Shown here one piece after another: positions 18,135-27,677 of a stretch of 64,000 nucleotides of DNA. The number at the start of each line of letters is the position of its first letter. Position 1 is the stretch's first letter. The stretch is from a virus. Lineage: Duplodnaviria; Caudoviricetes. The stretch lies in the IMG/VR virus record IMGVR_UViG_3300032327_000792; one strand, written 5' to 3'. Both the position numbers and the translations under genes were made by a program. The notes below the pieces were generated by a model, which had not been told where the DNA came from, ran no database searches, and was given only the letters and a program-made list of their open reading frames with translations.

Positions 18135-18514
18135 TAAACAATGTTTACAAAGTTAATGGTGCCAGAGTCAAAGCCAGTGATTCTAGCACGTACCCAGACA
18201 TAATTGCCAGTGGCTGTAAACACACGATGATCAGTTATGGCACTACTGCCGTCGTTGATGGTGCTATCGTCGCCATATTCATAGATATCAAACCAGTCAG
18301 CTGTTTGCCACTCGTTGTCTATTGTGGCCTGCAAGGTAATGGTGCCTGTGAAATTGGTAGTTCGAATGCCCAGGGTTTGTATACCACCCTGTCCTTGATA
18401 ATAGCCCACTGCTTTGACACCGTCAGAGTCAAAATCAGCAGAGCTGCCGTCGTAGTTGCCGGACGGTGTGCCTGACACCACATTGTCCAATAAAAATATA
18501 CTGGTCAACGCCAT
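18131..18514 (-). CDS. Hypothetical beta-rich protein (possible virion structural)
   Basis: 127-aa ORF with FTGTITLQAT and YVWVRARI segments. Confidence 0.6.
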   Translation of the reverse strand: MALTSIFLLDNVVSGTPSGNYDGSSADFDSDGVKAVGYYQGQGGIQTLGIRTTNFTGTITLQATIDNEWQTADWFDIYEYGDDSTINDGSSAITDHRVFTATGNYVWVRARITGFDSGTINFVNIVY

Positions 18515-18690
18515 TATGCCTGTTGCACTTCCACAATAACAGCACTGCCTGCAGCTTCCGACGCTAGTTGTTGCACAACTGCTTCCAGTTGAGAAACCAT
18601 TTCAGGAGTCAACAACACATGAGCTGTATCTGTGTCACGTACCATTTCTGATACAGTAATAACTAAAGAGGTTGAATTGATTTTTGCCAT
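18514..18690 (-). CDS. Small hypothetical protein (58 aa, MAKINSTSLVITVSEMVRD...)
   Basis: Manual translation; TAAATA at 18698-18703 upstream; TAATG overlap with the next gene. Confidence 0.65.
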   Translation of the reverse strand: MAKINSTSLVITVSEMVRDTDTAHVLLTPEMVSQLEAVVQQLASEAAGSAVIVEVQQA

Positions 18691-18696
18691 AGTGTT

Positions 18697-19404
18697 TTAT
18701 TTAGCCACCAATTGTGAGGTCTTGCGAATTAATCCCGGTCGGATCAATGCCAGCATGGTCAACCAAGTGCGGTTGTTGTAGTCCACAAAGAAATAATCCT
18801 GTGTGCGTACAAAAGGCAGTGATAACCATGCTTTTAATGCAGGGCTAATTCTAATGTCAGGCTGATTGTTAAAGAAATTCAATAGTTGATCTTTTTCTCC
18901 AGCAGTCAGCTTGACATTGCGGAAATAGCTTCTGTATTCATGTCGAGGATTGAGCAATGCAATGGTATTTTTGGCACGCACAACCACAGCCTCGGTGTAC
19001 TTTGCCTCACGCACAAAAGGCAAACGTCCAATGCGTTCCAGCAATACAGAATTGTTGCTGTAAATCCAACATTGATTCACCGAAATTACTATTTTGTAGG
19101 GTTCAGTTACCTGTTGTAAAAAGTCAACAAACGCATACAATTCGTCACGAGTTTGATCAGTAATAGGCTGATGTTGGCGCACAAAGTTATTTTGTGGCCA
19201 GCGAGTACGCACACGTTCACGCCACTGTTTTCGGTGGTTCAGTATATCAGTGATTTTTTCAATGTCCAAGGTGTTACGCAACGCAGTGGCTTCATTCAGC
19301 CGCAAGCGTATGCAGTATTGCCAGTGATCGTAAAACAATTGATCACTGTCAATGGACTTAAAGTTTGGGCTTTGTTGGGTCAAGGACAATGTATCCATCC
19401 GCAT
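18697..19404 (-). CDS. Hypothetical protein
   Basis: 235-aa ORF overlapping the clpA 3' end. Confidence 0.6.
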   Translation of the reverse strand: MRMDTLSLTQQSPNFKSIDSDQLFYDHWQYCIRLRLNEATALRNTLDIEKITDILNHRKQWRERVRTRWPQNNFVRQHQPITDQTRDELYAFVDFLQQVTEPYKIVISVNQCWIYSNNSVLLERIGRLPFVREAKYTEAVVVRAKNTIALLNPRHEYRSYFRNVKLTAGEKDQLLNFFNNQPDIRISPALKAWLSLPFVRTQDYFFVDYNNRTWLTMLALIRPGLIRKTSQLVAK

Positions 19405-21634
19405 CTACCACCGGAACGGGTATAGGTTCTTGTATCACAAATGTCACTGCGTCACCGTCAAGTTCGGCATGCAACACACAGTCACTCAATCGGTCAAACA
19501 AAATACGTTTACTCAGTGGCACGCGAATTAATTCATCAATTTTGCGTGACAATGGTCTGGCACCCATTTTGGGATCGTAGCCTTTTTCCGCCAACAAATC
19601 AATCACTGCTTCGCTGAGCGTTAATCGGATGCCTTTGACACTCAAACTTGTTTGCAATTGATCCACAAATTTGATCACAATCTTTTTGATGGCCAATTGG
19701 TCTAATTTCACAAACTTGCACACTTGATCAATACGATTGCGTAATTCAGGTTTGAAGAACTCTTTCATGGCCCGGTCTTCTGATCCTGTCTTTTCCAGGC
19801 TCTGTCCAAAACCAATGTTGTTTTGTTCATTGTCACGGGCACCCAAATTTGACGTCATAACAATAATGCAGTTCTTTAGATTCACAGTTTTACCATTGGC
19901 ACTGGACAATCTACCTTCGTCCAACATCTGCAACATGATATTGATCACGTCCGGATGAGCCTTTTCAATTTCGTCAAAAAGAATGATCGAAAATGGATTT
20001 TTTGAAATGTCTGAAATCAGCTTGCCGCCACCTATGTTGCCGTCTTCAAAGCCCACATATCCTGGAGGAGCACCAATCAAACTGGATACAGTATGCTTTT
20101 CTTGATATTCGCTCATGTCGTATTTCAGCAACTGCATGTCTAAATTTGCACTTAATAATTTGGCCAATTCTGTTTTGCCAGTGCCTGTTGGACCCATGAA
20201 CAAGAACGACGCAATGGGTCTGTTTTCATTGCCGATGCCTGAGAAGTTGATATACACACGCTCTAGCACAGAATCAACAGCGGCATCTTGCCCGTACAAC
20301 TTTTGCTTGATATTGGATTCCAAATCCACAATCTTGGCTGAACGTTCATTTTGCAATCTATCCAAGGGAATATTAGCAACTCGGGACAACTGTGCCATAA
20401 TCATTTCTTTTGTAATGGTCACATTGCCCTGATCTTTTACACGTTGTCCAGCACAGGCTCCATCAATCAAATCAATTGATTTGTCGGGATTTTTACGATC
20501 ATGAATATAACGTCCTGATAATTCCACAGCAGCAGTCATGGCTTCTGTGTCAATCATCACATTGTGGAAAGTTTCCAAGCGTGGGCTCAATCCAATGAGA
20601 ATTTGCTCAGTGACTTCTGCTGTGGGTTCATCCACAGACACTCTATGGAAACGACGCATCAGGGCACGATCTTTTTCAAATGATTCGTAGTATTCTTCCC
20701 ATGTGGTTGACGCCACCACTTTTAAACTACCTTTGGTAATGGCTGGCTTCAACATATTGGCAAAGTCCAGGCTTGAATTATTGCCAGCACCTGCACCTTT
20801 CATGGTGTGCGCTTCGTCAATGAACAAAATACAATTGCCTTTGCTTTCCAATGCGCCAATTACTTGCTTGAATTTCTCTTCAAATTCACCGCGATATTTT
20901 GAGCCTGCCAACAAAGATCCAATTTCCAATCCCCATACTTCGTGGCCTCGAAGAAACTCCGGCACACGTCCTGCTATAATTTCCTGTGCTAGGCCATCCA
21001 CAATGGCAGTTTTGCCCACACCAGGATCGCCTACCATCAGCACATTGGCCTTGAATCGACGGGCCAACACAGTGATCATTTCATCCAATTCTGAACTGCG
21101 TCCAATCATGGGTTCCAGCTTGTTTTCTTGAGCCAATCTTGTGAGGTTGGTACAGTGTTCTTCCAACACTTCTGTGGCCTGCTGAGTGTTTAGCTTGACA
21201 TCCTTTTGGTTGTAGTTCTTGCCGTAGAAGTCCACGAACTCAGCTTTCTTTACACCGTACTTCAACAAGAAGTAATGAGCATGACTGTTGGTCTCGGACA
21301 TCATGGCCAAATAAAGATCCACTGTGGTAACACTGCGACGCCCTGTGAACAACACCTGTGTGAGAGCACGATTAAAACAACGTTCCAGTGCATTGGTCTT
21401 TTTGGGTTGTATGTCGCCTTGTTTGATTAGATTGACCAGGCTGTTTAAGTATGCCTCTAATTCTTCTTCAAACATGACCACATCCGTGCCGTATTTTTCC
21501 AACACTTTGCGAAAGGCAACATGACGAATCATGGCCAACAACACATGTTCTGTCAGCACATATTCATGTTGCTTGGTTCGAGCAATTTTGACTGCTTCGT
21601 CAACAATTTGTTCAATTTCAGGATTGTTTTGCAT
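19358..21634 (-). CDS. clpA: ATP-dependent Clp protease ATP-binding subunit ClpA
   Basis: Clp N-domain; two AAA+ modules (GDPGVGKT/LFIDEAH and GPTGTGKT/LFDEIEKAH); GAPPGYVG; IGF ClpP-binding loop; GARPL. Confidence 0.95.
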   Translation of the reverse strand: MQNNPEIEQIVDEAVKIARTKQHEYVLTEHVLLAMIRHVAFRKVLEKYGTDVVMFEEELEAYLNSLVNLIKQGDIQPKKTNALERCFNRALTQVLFTGRRSVTTVDLYLAMMSETNSHAHYFLLKYGVKKAEFVDFYGKNYNQKDVKLNTQQATEVLEEHCTNLTRLAQENKLEPMIGRSSELDEMITVLARRFKANVLMVGDPGVGKTAIVDGLAQEIIAGRVPEFLRGHEVWGLEIGSLLAGSKYRGEFEEKFKQVIGALESKGNCILFIDEAHTMKGAGAGNNSSLDFANMLKPAITKGSLKVVASTTWEEYYESFEKDRALMRRFHRVSVDEPTAEVTEQILIGLSPRLETFHNVMIDTEAMTAAVELSGRYIHDRKNPDKSIDLIDGACAGQRVKDQGNVTITKEMIMAQLSRVANIPLDRLQNERSAKIVDLESNIKQKLYGQDAAVDSVLERVYINFSGIGNENRPIASFLFMGPTGTGKTELAKLLSANLDMQLLKYDMSEYQEKHTVSSLIGAPPGYVGFEDGNIGGGKLISDISKNPFSIILFDEIEKAHPDVINIMLQMLDEGRLSSANGKTVNLKNCIIVMTSNLGARDNEQNNIGFGQSLEKTGSEDRAMKEFFKPELRNRIDQVCKFVKLDQLAIKKIVIKFVDQLQTSLSVKGIRLTLSEAVIDLLAEKGYDPKMGARPLSRKIDELIRVPLSKRILFDRLSDCVLHAELDGDAVTFVIQEPIPVPVVDADGYIVLDPTKPKL

Positions 21635-21701
21635 ACGGCCCTTTGTTGTTATTGATGTATGTATATATTATTATACACTGAAATTTCGTTATAACGCAAT
21701 C

Positions 21702-22487
21702 TTATTGGGTGTGTTTGATTCGAATCAGATCCAGCAATTCTGAGTCAATCTTCGGGGGCAAACTGCCTTGTATCCGGATCAGTATATCGCCTTGCTGACC
21801 TGATCTATGGCGTAGTCCACGTCCTCGTAGTCGCAGCGTGGTTCCGGGCTGACACATGGGCGGAATAGTGAAAACTATTTCGGTGCCCAACACGTCTCTA
21901 ATTCTGGCATTGGTGCCCAAGATCAAATCCCACACCGTGGCAGTGTGTTCTGCTGTCAAATTAAGACCTGACCTAAACCAACGCGGATCAGGATGAATTC
22001 TAAATGAAACAATTAAATCCATACCACCCGGCGCCAGTCCTGGGTACTGTACAGAATCGCCATCATCAATGCCTAGAGGAATTTCAATGTCTACTGCCTG
22101 TGTGCCTGTTTGGGTGCCCACGGATACAGTTCTACGACCGCCCTGTGCTACATCACGCAACTGTATCCATAGGCTCATTCTGGCCTGCTGTGGCCTGCGT
22201 TGTCCTTGTCCAAAGCGTGCACCAAATATGTCAAATATTGTGTCAAAGTCAAAGCCCTGCGGTCCACCGTGTTGTCCAAACGAGCCAAAGTTAGGCTGTG
22301 GATTGTCGTACTGCGCTCGTGCTTGTGGATCGCTCAGTGTGCGGTATGCTTCCTCTATTTCTTGAAACTTCTTTACATCTCCACCCTTGTCCGGATGATG
22401 TTGGCTGGCCAGCTTTCTATAAGCACGTTTGATTTCGTCGGCATCAGCAGAGGTTTTTACACCTAGAGTTTCGTAATGGTTTTTCAT
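21702..22487 (-). CDS. dnaJ: DnaJ-class co-chaperone (no zinc finger; CbpA-like)
   Basis: J-domain with HPD motif, G/F-rich linker, DnaJ C-terminal domain (LRLRGRGL...GDILI). Confidence 0.9.
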   Translation of the reverse strand: MKNHYETLGVKTSADADEIKRAYRKLASQHHPDKGGDVKKFQEIEEAYRTLSDPQARAQYDNPQPNFGSFGQHGGPQGFDFDTIFDIFGARFGQGQRRPQQARMSLWIQLRDVAQGGRRTVSVGTQTGTQAVDIEIPLGIDDGDSVQYPGLAPGGMDLIVSFRIHPDPRWFRSGLNLTAEHTATVWDLILGTNARIRDVLGTEIVFTIPPMCQPGTTLRLRGRGLRHRSGQQGDILIRIQGSLPPKIDSELLDLIRIKHTQ

Positions 22488-22512
22488 TGAATAAAAAAAG
22501 ACAGTATACTTT

Positions 22513-22542
22513 AATTATACTGTCTTTTCAGGTACATGTCAA
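22513..22542 (-). promoter_or_regulatory. Sigma70-type promoter upstream of dnaJ
   Basis: TTGACA-18 nt-TATAAT on the minus strand. Confidence 0.65.
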
Positions 22543-22545
22543 TAA

Positions 22546-22746
22546 TTACTTTTTGTCAGGAACTTTGGTGCCTTCGTGCTTTTTGTGTATCTTGATTGTT
22601 TTGCATACTTGCACAGGCTTGCCATCTTTGCCTTTTACCACTTGGCCATTGGCATTTTTTTTGTCTTTGCATACTTCTTTTGTGTGTGGTTCTGCAAATG
22701 CAACAGAAGTAAAGGCTACTAATAATACAGCTAATAAATGTTTCAT
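22546..22746 (-). CDS. Small secreted basic protein with signal peptide
   Basis: MKHLLAVLLVAFTSVAFA signal peptide, then a Lys-rich mature part with 2 Cys; start at 22746. Confidence 0.65.
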   Translation of the reverse strand: MKHLLAVLLVAFTSVAFAEPHTKEVCKDKKNANGQVVKGKDGKPVQVCKTIKIHKKHEGTKVPDKK

Positions 22747-22747
22747 A

Positions 22748-23212
22748 TTATAACTCCGGATGTGGTGGTTGTGCTGGGCCTGGCTTGCCGCCAAAGGTAG
22801 GTGTTGCTGTGAACTGTGAACTATTGCCACCAAAACTTGTTGTTGGTGCTGGTGCACTAAAACTTGGTGCTGGTGTGCTCACAGGTGCAGGTGGTGTATA
22901 TGTGGTTCCTGCGGCAGGCAATCCGCCGTTGTTGGCACCGCCCAGCTTTTCCTGGGTACGTCCATAGGCCGCGATACCCAACACAGCACCCATGGCAATG
23001 TGATACAGTCCTGCACCCTGTAGCGTGATAGGTTGCCATTGTGTTTCGACACGGCCGCCTCCGATAACCTGTACCAAGCTCCATAGGATAGGGAATAACA
23101 CAAAATCTGCTACACAGGTCAGCATGTATGACCAACCCATCATTGGACGCCATTTTGAATTCATCCAATCTTCATTTTTCTTTGCGCTCTCGCTTTTAAC
23201 TGCTTCTGTCAT
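22748..23212 (-). CDS. Holin (3TM, gene-transfer-agent type)
   Basis: WMNSKWRPMMGWSY plus hydrophobic helices and LGIAAYGRTQEK; lies in the lysis cluster. Confidence 0.7.
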   Translation of the reverse strand: MTEAVKSESAKKNEDWMNSKWRPMMGWSYMLTCVADFVLFPILWSLVQVIGGGRVETQWQPITLQGAGLYHIAMGAVLGIAAYGRTQEKLGGANNGGLPAAGTTYTPPAPVSTPAPSFSAPAPTTSFGGNSSQFTATPTFGGKPGPAQPPHPEL

Positions 23213-23231
23213 ACTAGCTCCTATTTGTCTG

Positions 23232-23348
23232 TTATTTTTTGGAAATCATTGTTTGAATTTTTGCTTGAATAATTTTAGCCCAAAATGGCTGTGGAAAATT
23301 CCAACCCACAAATGCTCCTACTGCTACCCAAAATAATGTGTCTAACAT
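23232..23348 (-). CDS. Small membrane protein (38 aa, MLDTLFWVAVGAFVGWNFPQPFWAK...)
   Basis: Manual translation with an RBS (AGGAG) upstream; hydrophobic N-half. Confidence 0.6.
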   Translation of the reverse strand: MLDTLFWVAVGAFVGWNFPQPFWAKIIQAKIQTMISKK

Positions 23349-23374
23349 GTCAATGCTCCTTGTTGTTTGTGTTA

Positions 23375-23983
23375 TTATTTAATGCTTTCGAAGATTTTCT
23401 TCTGTGTCTGATACCATTCTTGCCAGCCGCGTAGCTTTTCTGCTGTTTCGTGACAGGTGCCGTAGTTGTCCACTACTGTTTCGAGGAGCTCACTGGCTTT
23501 AACTGTGCTGGGGGTTCCATCAGCGGCGTCGGCGCCTCGGGAAACTTGATTAGCACTGGCACTGTCGTGCAGGCCGACAGCACTGCGAGGCAACACGCAC
23601 TGGCTGTCAATTTGACGACCAGCAGTTTCTTTGATAATTGTTTTGTTGACATACACTGTTTCCTTTATTACTTGAACTTTTTCTCGGGTTTTCTTTTCCA
23701 ATGCTACATTGGCATCTTTACTTTGTTTTTCTGCCACAACCACTCGCTGTTTTAACTCTGTGATCATTTGACGATATTCAATACCGCCATAGAAATAAGC
23801 CGAAATAATCAACACAGCAACACCGGCCAATTCTGCTATCAGTCGGTATTGCCCAACAAATGGCAGAATAGATACCAGTTTACTGGCAATGTACAGCACT
23901 ATGCCTGTTAAAAATAATGCATAGGTAATCCAGACAAATATTGAATCTGGAATTAACTGCAACAGCCATTGTATCTGCCACAT
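23375..23983 (-). CDS. Spanin-like (Rz-type) membrane protein
   Basis: Two N-terminal TM helices, coiled coil, Cys-containing C-terminus; immediately downstream of the endolysin. Confidence 0.6.
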   Translation of the reverse strand: MWQIQWLLQLIPDSIFVWITYALFLTGIVLYIASKLVSILPFVGQYRLIAELAGVAVLIISAYFYGGIEYRQMITELKQRVVVAEKQSKDANVALEKKTREKVQVIKETVYVNKTIIKETAGRQIDSQCVLPRSAVGLHDSASANQVSRGADAADGTPSTVKASELLETVVDNYGTCHETAEKLRGWQEWYQTQKKIFESIK

Positions 23984-23986
23984 CAG

Positions 23987-24601
23987 TTAGGCTCCAAACA
24001 CATGCTTGGCGTGCTCATAATGCTTGATTCTGTCTTCAAGACCAATGTAACCACCGTTGATCTTTTTGGTCATTGTTCTGATATCGTCTGCATCTGCGTA
24101 TTGATTTAGATTGGTGGTTTCCCAAAACCAGCAGGCTGATTGTACAGCACCTTCAAATGTACCCAGGTACTCGCTTACTTCCTCTGCAGTGGATTCAATG
24201 GAGTCGGCAAAACTTTCATAGTTGTTGCGGCCGGTAAGCTGGATAAGGCCTCGGCCACAATACCTAAACCCGTCTCCTGTTTCTTCGGGGCCATTGCCCA
24301 TGCGGCCACCATAAATTCTGTTGGCAATCTTTTCTGGTTTCTTTTCATATTGTTGTGCCAATTCATCTGTGGGGAAATACTTGCTGAACAACTTGCGTAA
24401 GGTTACAGCACGATAATTTAAATTTTCTGTTAGGAATCGAAAGTTACCGGATTCGTGTGCGCATTGTGCTATGAAAGCAGACACACGTTGCGGAGTGTCG
24501 ATGCTGTAGTCGGGTAATATAGCGTTCAATGCTCCACACCATTGTTCTATGTAAGGATTGTTACCAATACATGATTGTAGCTGTTGTTGGGTGATTTCCA
24601 T
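23987..24601 (-). CDS. Glycoside hydrolase family 19 endolysin
   Basis: FIAQCAHES, ENLNY, GRGLIQLTGRNNY, SACWFW, INGGYIGLEDR. Confidence 0.92.
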   Translation of the reverse strand: MEITQQQLQSCIGNNPYIEQWCGALNAILPDYSIDTPQRVSAFIAQCAHESGNFRFLTENLNYRAVTLRKLFSKYFPTDELAQQYEKKPEKIANRIYGGRMGNGPEETGDGFRYCGRGLIQLTGRNNYESFADSIESTAEEVSEYLGTFEGAVQSACWFWETTNLNQYADADDIRTMTKKINGGYIGLEDRIKHYEHAKHVFGA

Positions 24602-24624
24602 AGTAGTCCTTTAACTACTACTAT

Positions 24625-24888
24625 TTAGTTTCGTCCCCAATTAACTCTACTCCACACACGTTCGTGACACCAATAAATGAATGGCTTTACAATCATTTCT
24701 GTGGCTCCTATGCCTAAGCTCATAATGAAATGTCCTGTGATAGCATAGCTGATGGCAATAGTGGTCAATGTACCGCAACAGCGATAACTGTAGGCTTTGA
24801 CAAGACTGCGTACAGCAGTCTCGCCGTTATTTAAGGCCCAGCTCTTGACGAATTTTTGTAGCACTGATTGAATGTATTGCTTCATCAA
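24625..24888 (-). CDS. DUF2061-like small membrane protein
   Basis: ETAVRSLVKAYSYR...YWCHERVWSRVNWG; the true start may be downstream of 24888. Confidence 0.7.
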   Translation of the reverse strand: MMKQYIQSVLQKFVKSWALNNGETAVRSLVKAYSYRCCGTLTTIAISYAITGHFIMSLGIGATEMIVKPFIYWCHERVWSRVNWGRN

Positions 24889-25687
24889 ACACTTCCTGTT
24901 CTATTCGATAACCCACATCACGTCCGTAAGTGATATTCACAATGTTGGGCACGACCTGTATTTCATACTGTCCTTGATAGATAGGATCTAGATCTCTGCG
25001 TATGTAACTCTTTACTTGTTCTATAGCAAATGGGTTAGATCCTTGCCACCCTTGACAGTCACGTATTTGTATGACTACCTGTCCTGTCTTGGCAATGGCA
25101 CGTTCAAACAAAGCTCTGTGACCAGCATGCCAAGGTTGCCAGCGGCCCAACATCTGTACAGTTTCTTGTTGCCAATCAAAGGTGGGTCTACGACGATTTT
25201 CTAATATATGCTCGCCCACAAATTCAGCCCATTTTTCTGCATTTTGTTCTGTAATTCGGAAGTCATAGACAGCTGGTTCTACAAACAGTTTGTTGGTATC
25301 TTCAAAACGCCCAGCATCAATAGTGTCCATCCATATGGTCCAGTCTGCTTTGAAGTTGTTGCGCATTTCAACCAAGGGTGCCACAAAGTCACAGATCACA
25401 AATTCTCCCGAACACTCTACTGCAAATTGCAACATACGTAGACTTTGACGAATACGACCTTCGTTTGAGAAATCCCAATCATTGAATTTTCTACGAACAT
25501 CGTCGGCATTGAACCAATTTACTCTTACCTTCATGAAATTGGAGTCTGGAATTCCTTCGTAATTTAGTATTCGTTGAGGGTTGATTTTTTCTAAATCACC
25601 ATTGTCTTCTAGATACTTCTTCAATGCGCCTGCTAGATAGGTTTTTCCTGAACCAGGCAAGCCCATTATCAATATACGTTGTGTCAT
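24827..25687 (-). CDS. Adenylylsulfate-kinase-like P-loop domain fused to an HxGH nucleotidyltransferase domain
   Basis: GLPGSGKT, NADDVRR, VICDFVAP; then GRWQPWHAGH and ISATKIR. Confidence 0.8.
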   Translation of the reverse strand: MTQRILIMGLPGSGKTYLAGALKKYLEDNGDLEKINPQRILNYEGIPDSNFMKVRVNWFNADDVRRKFNDWDFSNEGRIRQSLRMLQFAVECSGEFVICDFVAPLVEMRNNFKADWTIWMDTIDAGRFEDTNKLFVEPAVYDFRITEQNAEKWAEFVGEHILENRRRPTFDWQQETVQMLGRWQPWHAGHRALFERAIAKTGQVVIQIRDCQGWQGSNPFAIEQVKSYIRRDLDPIYQGQYEIQVVPNIVNITYGRDVGYRIEQEVFDEAIHSISATKIRQELGLK

Positions 25688-26355
25688 AATACTCCTTTGT
25701 ATTGTTTAATCATATAATTACCAGCAGCAACATGGGCTGCTTCCAGTGGGTGCCATGATGCTGTTTCTGGATAACCATGCATACGACTCCAATCTAGGAA
25801 ACTGAGCCCTTCAAACGTAGTCATATGTGGTTTTACATATTCTTGTAAATCTATCACCGCCGGTGTAGTGTGCCACTGTTGATCAAAAAGTAAATTGTCC
25901 ATGTAGGTCATAATAAACGGAATGTTTTTTTGATTAAGAGTATCAATGGTCAATTTAATATAACTTAAACAAGTAAATTTATCGCGATACTCAGAATGTA
26001 AATCACGATAATATGTTTTAGCTAAAGAATCAGTGTCAACTGGCATAATAGTGCGCCACGGGCTTCGGCTAGGCGTAATTGGATTGGCAGGATAATAATC
26101 AAAACGATCAATCCACGTCCATCCTATAACAAACAAATCAACATTATTGTTGTCAGCAGCCTGATTTAAAATTTGTTCTAGTATTTGTAAATTTCCAGCG
26201 CCTGGTCTGGCATAGCACTGGTAATCTTTATCTAAATATTGAGCTAAATGTGAAGGCCAAGTCAATTGACTAGGCATAGCATATGGACCATCTCTGCCAT
26301 CGTCGGCTAGTTCACTGCCAAAAATAAAGCTACATCCAAAACTTTTTAATCGCAT
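25684..26355 (-). CDS. SGNH/GDSL-like hydrolase-fold hypothetical protein
   Basis: FGCSFIFG, ARPGAGN, and WHPLEAAH near the C-terminus; AT-rich. Confidence 0.55.
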   Translation of the reverse strand: MRLKSFGCSFIFGSELADDGRDGPYAMPSQLTWPSHLAQYLDKDYQCYARPGAGNLQILEQILNQAADNNNVDLFVIGWTWIDRFDYYPANPITPSRSPWRTIMPVDTDSLAKTYYRDLHSEYRDKFTCLSYIKLTIDTLNQKNIPFIMTYMDNLLFDQQWHTTPAVIDLQEYVKPHMTTFEGLSFLDWSRMHGYPETASWHPLEAAHVAAGNYMIKQYKGVL

Positions 26356-26392
26356 AGGTAATTATATACCTAGTTTATGTCGCTATGGAAAA

Positions 26393-26944
26393 TTAAAGGA
26401 TACCAGCAGCGCTTTGAATTGCTTGAAGTGCTTTGTCTTCGGGATCGTAGATACGCTTAGTGGGTAGACCAGCCACTGAACGCATTTCGTTAAGGTCTTT
26501 TTCGTATCGTTCACGATAAGCTCTAGGAGTTAACGGAACCAACTCATCAAATTCATCGCGAGAGAATGGAACTTCCTTGCCTTTGTAGTGCATGGTCCAG
26601 TCGGCAACATCAAACTCTGTGAGAGTATTTAGGTCACTCAACAGTGTTTCAACATTGCCACCGGCTGTGCTACGTCTGCGTAATTCTACATAGACCAAGT
26701 AGCGGTTGGGCTTTATTTCACCCGGTGATCGATCTGCATCCAGCACAAAGTCGTAGCCTTTTTCAAACCATTGCATCAGATCTTTGGCAGCTTGCGCATT
26801 GCGTAGGAAAAAACTCACCACAATGATATCGTCATCGTCGCCCATTTTTGAACTGAATTCATCCACATGAATAGTAGGCTTGATCAAGCCTTCCATGTCT
26901 TTAAATTCTAGGCTTTCAAATAGTGGGGGTTGGTTGTTGTGCAT
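26393..26944 (-). CDS. Conserved-type phage hypothetical protein
   Basis: Likely start MHNNQPPLFESLE at 26944; IHVDEFSSKMGDDDDIIVVSF, EKGYDFVLDADRSPGE. Confidence 0.65.
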   Translation of the reverse strand: MHNNQPPLFESLEFKDMEGLIKPTIHVDEFSSKMGDDDDIIVVSFFLRNAQAAKDLMQWFEKGYDFVLDADRSPGEIKPNRYLVYVELRRRSTAGGNVETLLSDLNTLTEFDVADWTMHYKGKEVPFSRDEFDELVPLTPRAYRERYEKDLNEMRSVAGLPTKRIYDPEDKALQAIQSAAGIL

Positions 26945-27491
26945 TGTTGTCATCTGTTTGATATTCTTGTTTGTCCAGATCCTGCTCATAGGCATCGTCT
27001 AGGTCCTGTAGATTAATGTCTTGATCTTCCAATTCTACTGAGCCTGTGCGTATATCGCTCATCAAGCTCTTGGGCATGGTTATTTCTACCAACCATACTT
27101 TCTTTTCAATGATCTTTGCTTTGTGTGTGCCCGGACGGTAATCCGAAGGATCTTCAATTTTCACAGGCACTTTCATCATGGTTTTTTTGTATTTTACATC
27201 ACAGTCAAACGGTAGCAATCTACGAGCACCACGTGGATCTGGCATCAGTTTCTCAGGCCATAAAAATGTACATGTCACACGATATTTGGAAATCTCTGGC
27301 CCCGCTACCAACTCACCAATTTCCCAGTTGGCAAAAGCATATAGATCAAGTTCATCCAACACACGCTCGTAGTCCAACAAAGTAAGCAAACTGCCCTCAC
27401 TCATGTAGATATTTTTGATGTTGTCAGCCACTTGCCAATAGTCTGAACCGTCTTTGAATATTGGTTGGTCAAATTTTGTTTTGTTGCGCAT
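26916..27491 (-). CDS. Phage hypothetical protein
   Basis: 191-aa ORF after TAAATA (27497-27502). Confidence 0.65.
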   Translation of the reverse strand: MRNKTKFDQPIFKDGSDYWQVADNIKNIYMSEGSLLTLLDYERVLDELDLYAFANWEIGELVAGPEISKYRVTCTFLWPEKLMPDPRGARRLLPFDCDVKYKKTMMKVPVKIEDPSDYRPGTHKAKIIEKKVWLVEITMPKSLMSDIRTGSVELEDQDINLQDLDDAYEQDLDKQEYQTDDNNAQQPTPTI

Positions 27492-27677
27492 GTAGTTATT
27501 TATGGTTTTGGTATTACCGTAGCTGTTTTAGAAGTTGGATTAGTTGACATCCAAGTCTAATACTTAGTCCACAGATTTACAATATCTACACCCATAAAAC
27601 TTTTTAAAATAGTACCTAAATATGTTATCAACTGTAATCCCTGCAGTTGATTACACTTAACTACAACGGAGTTCACT

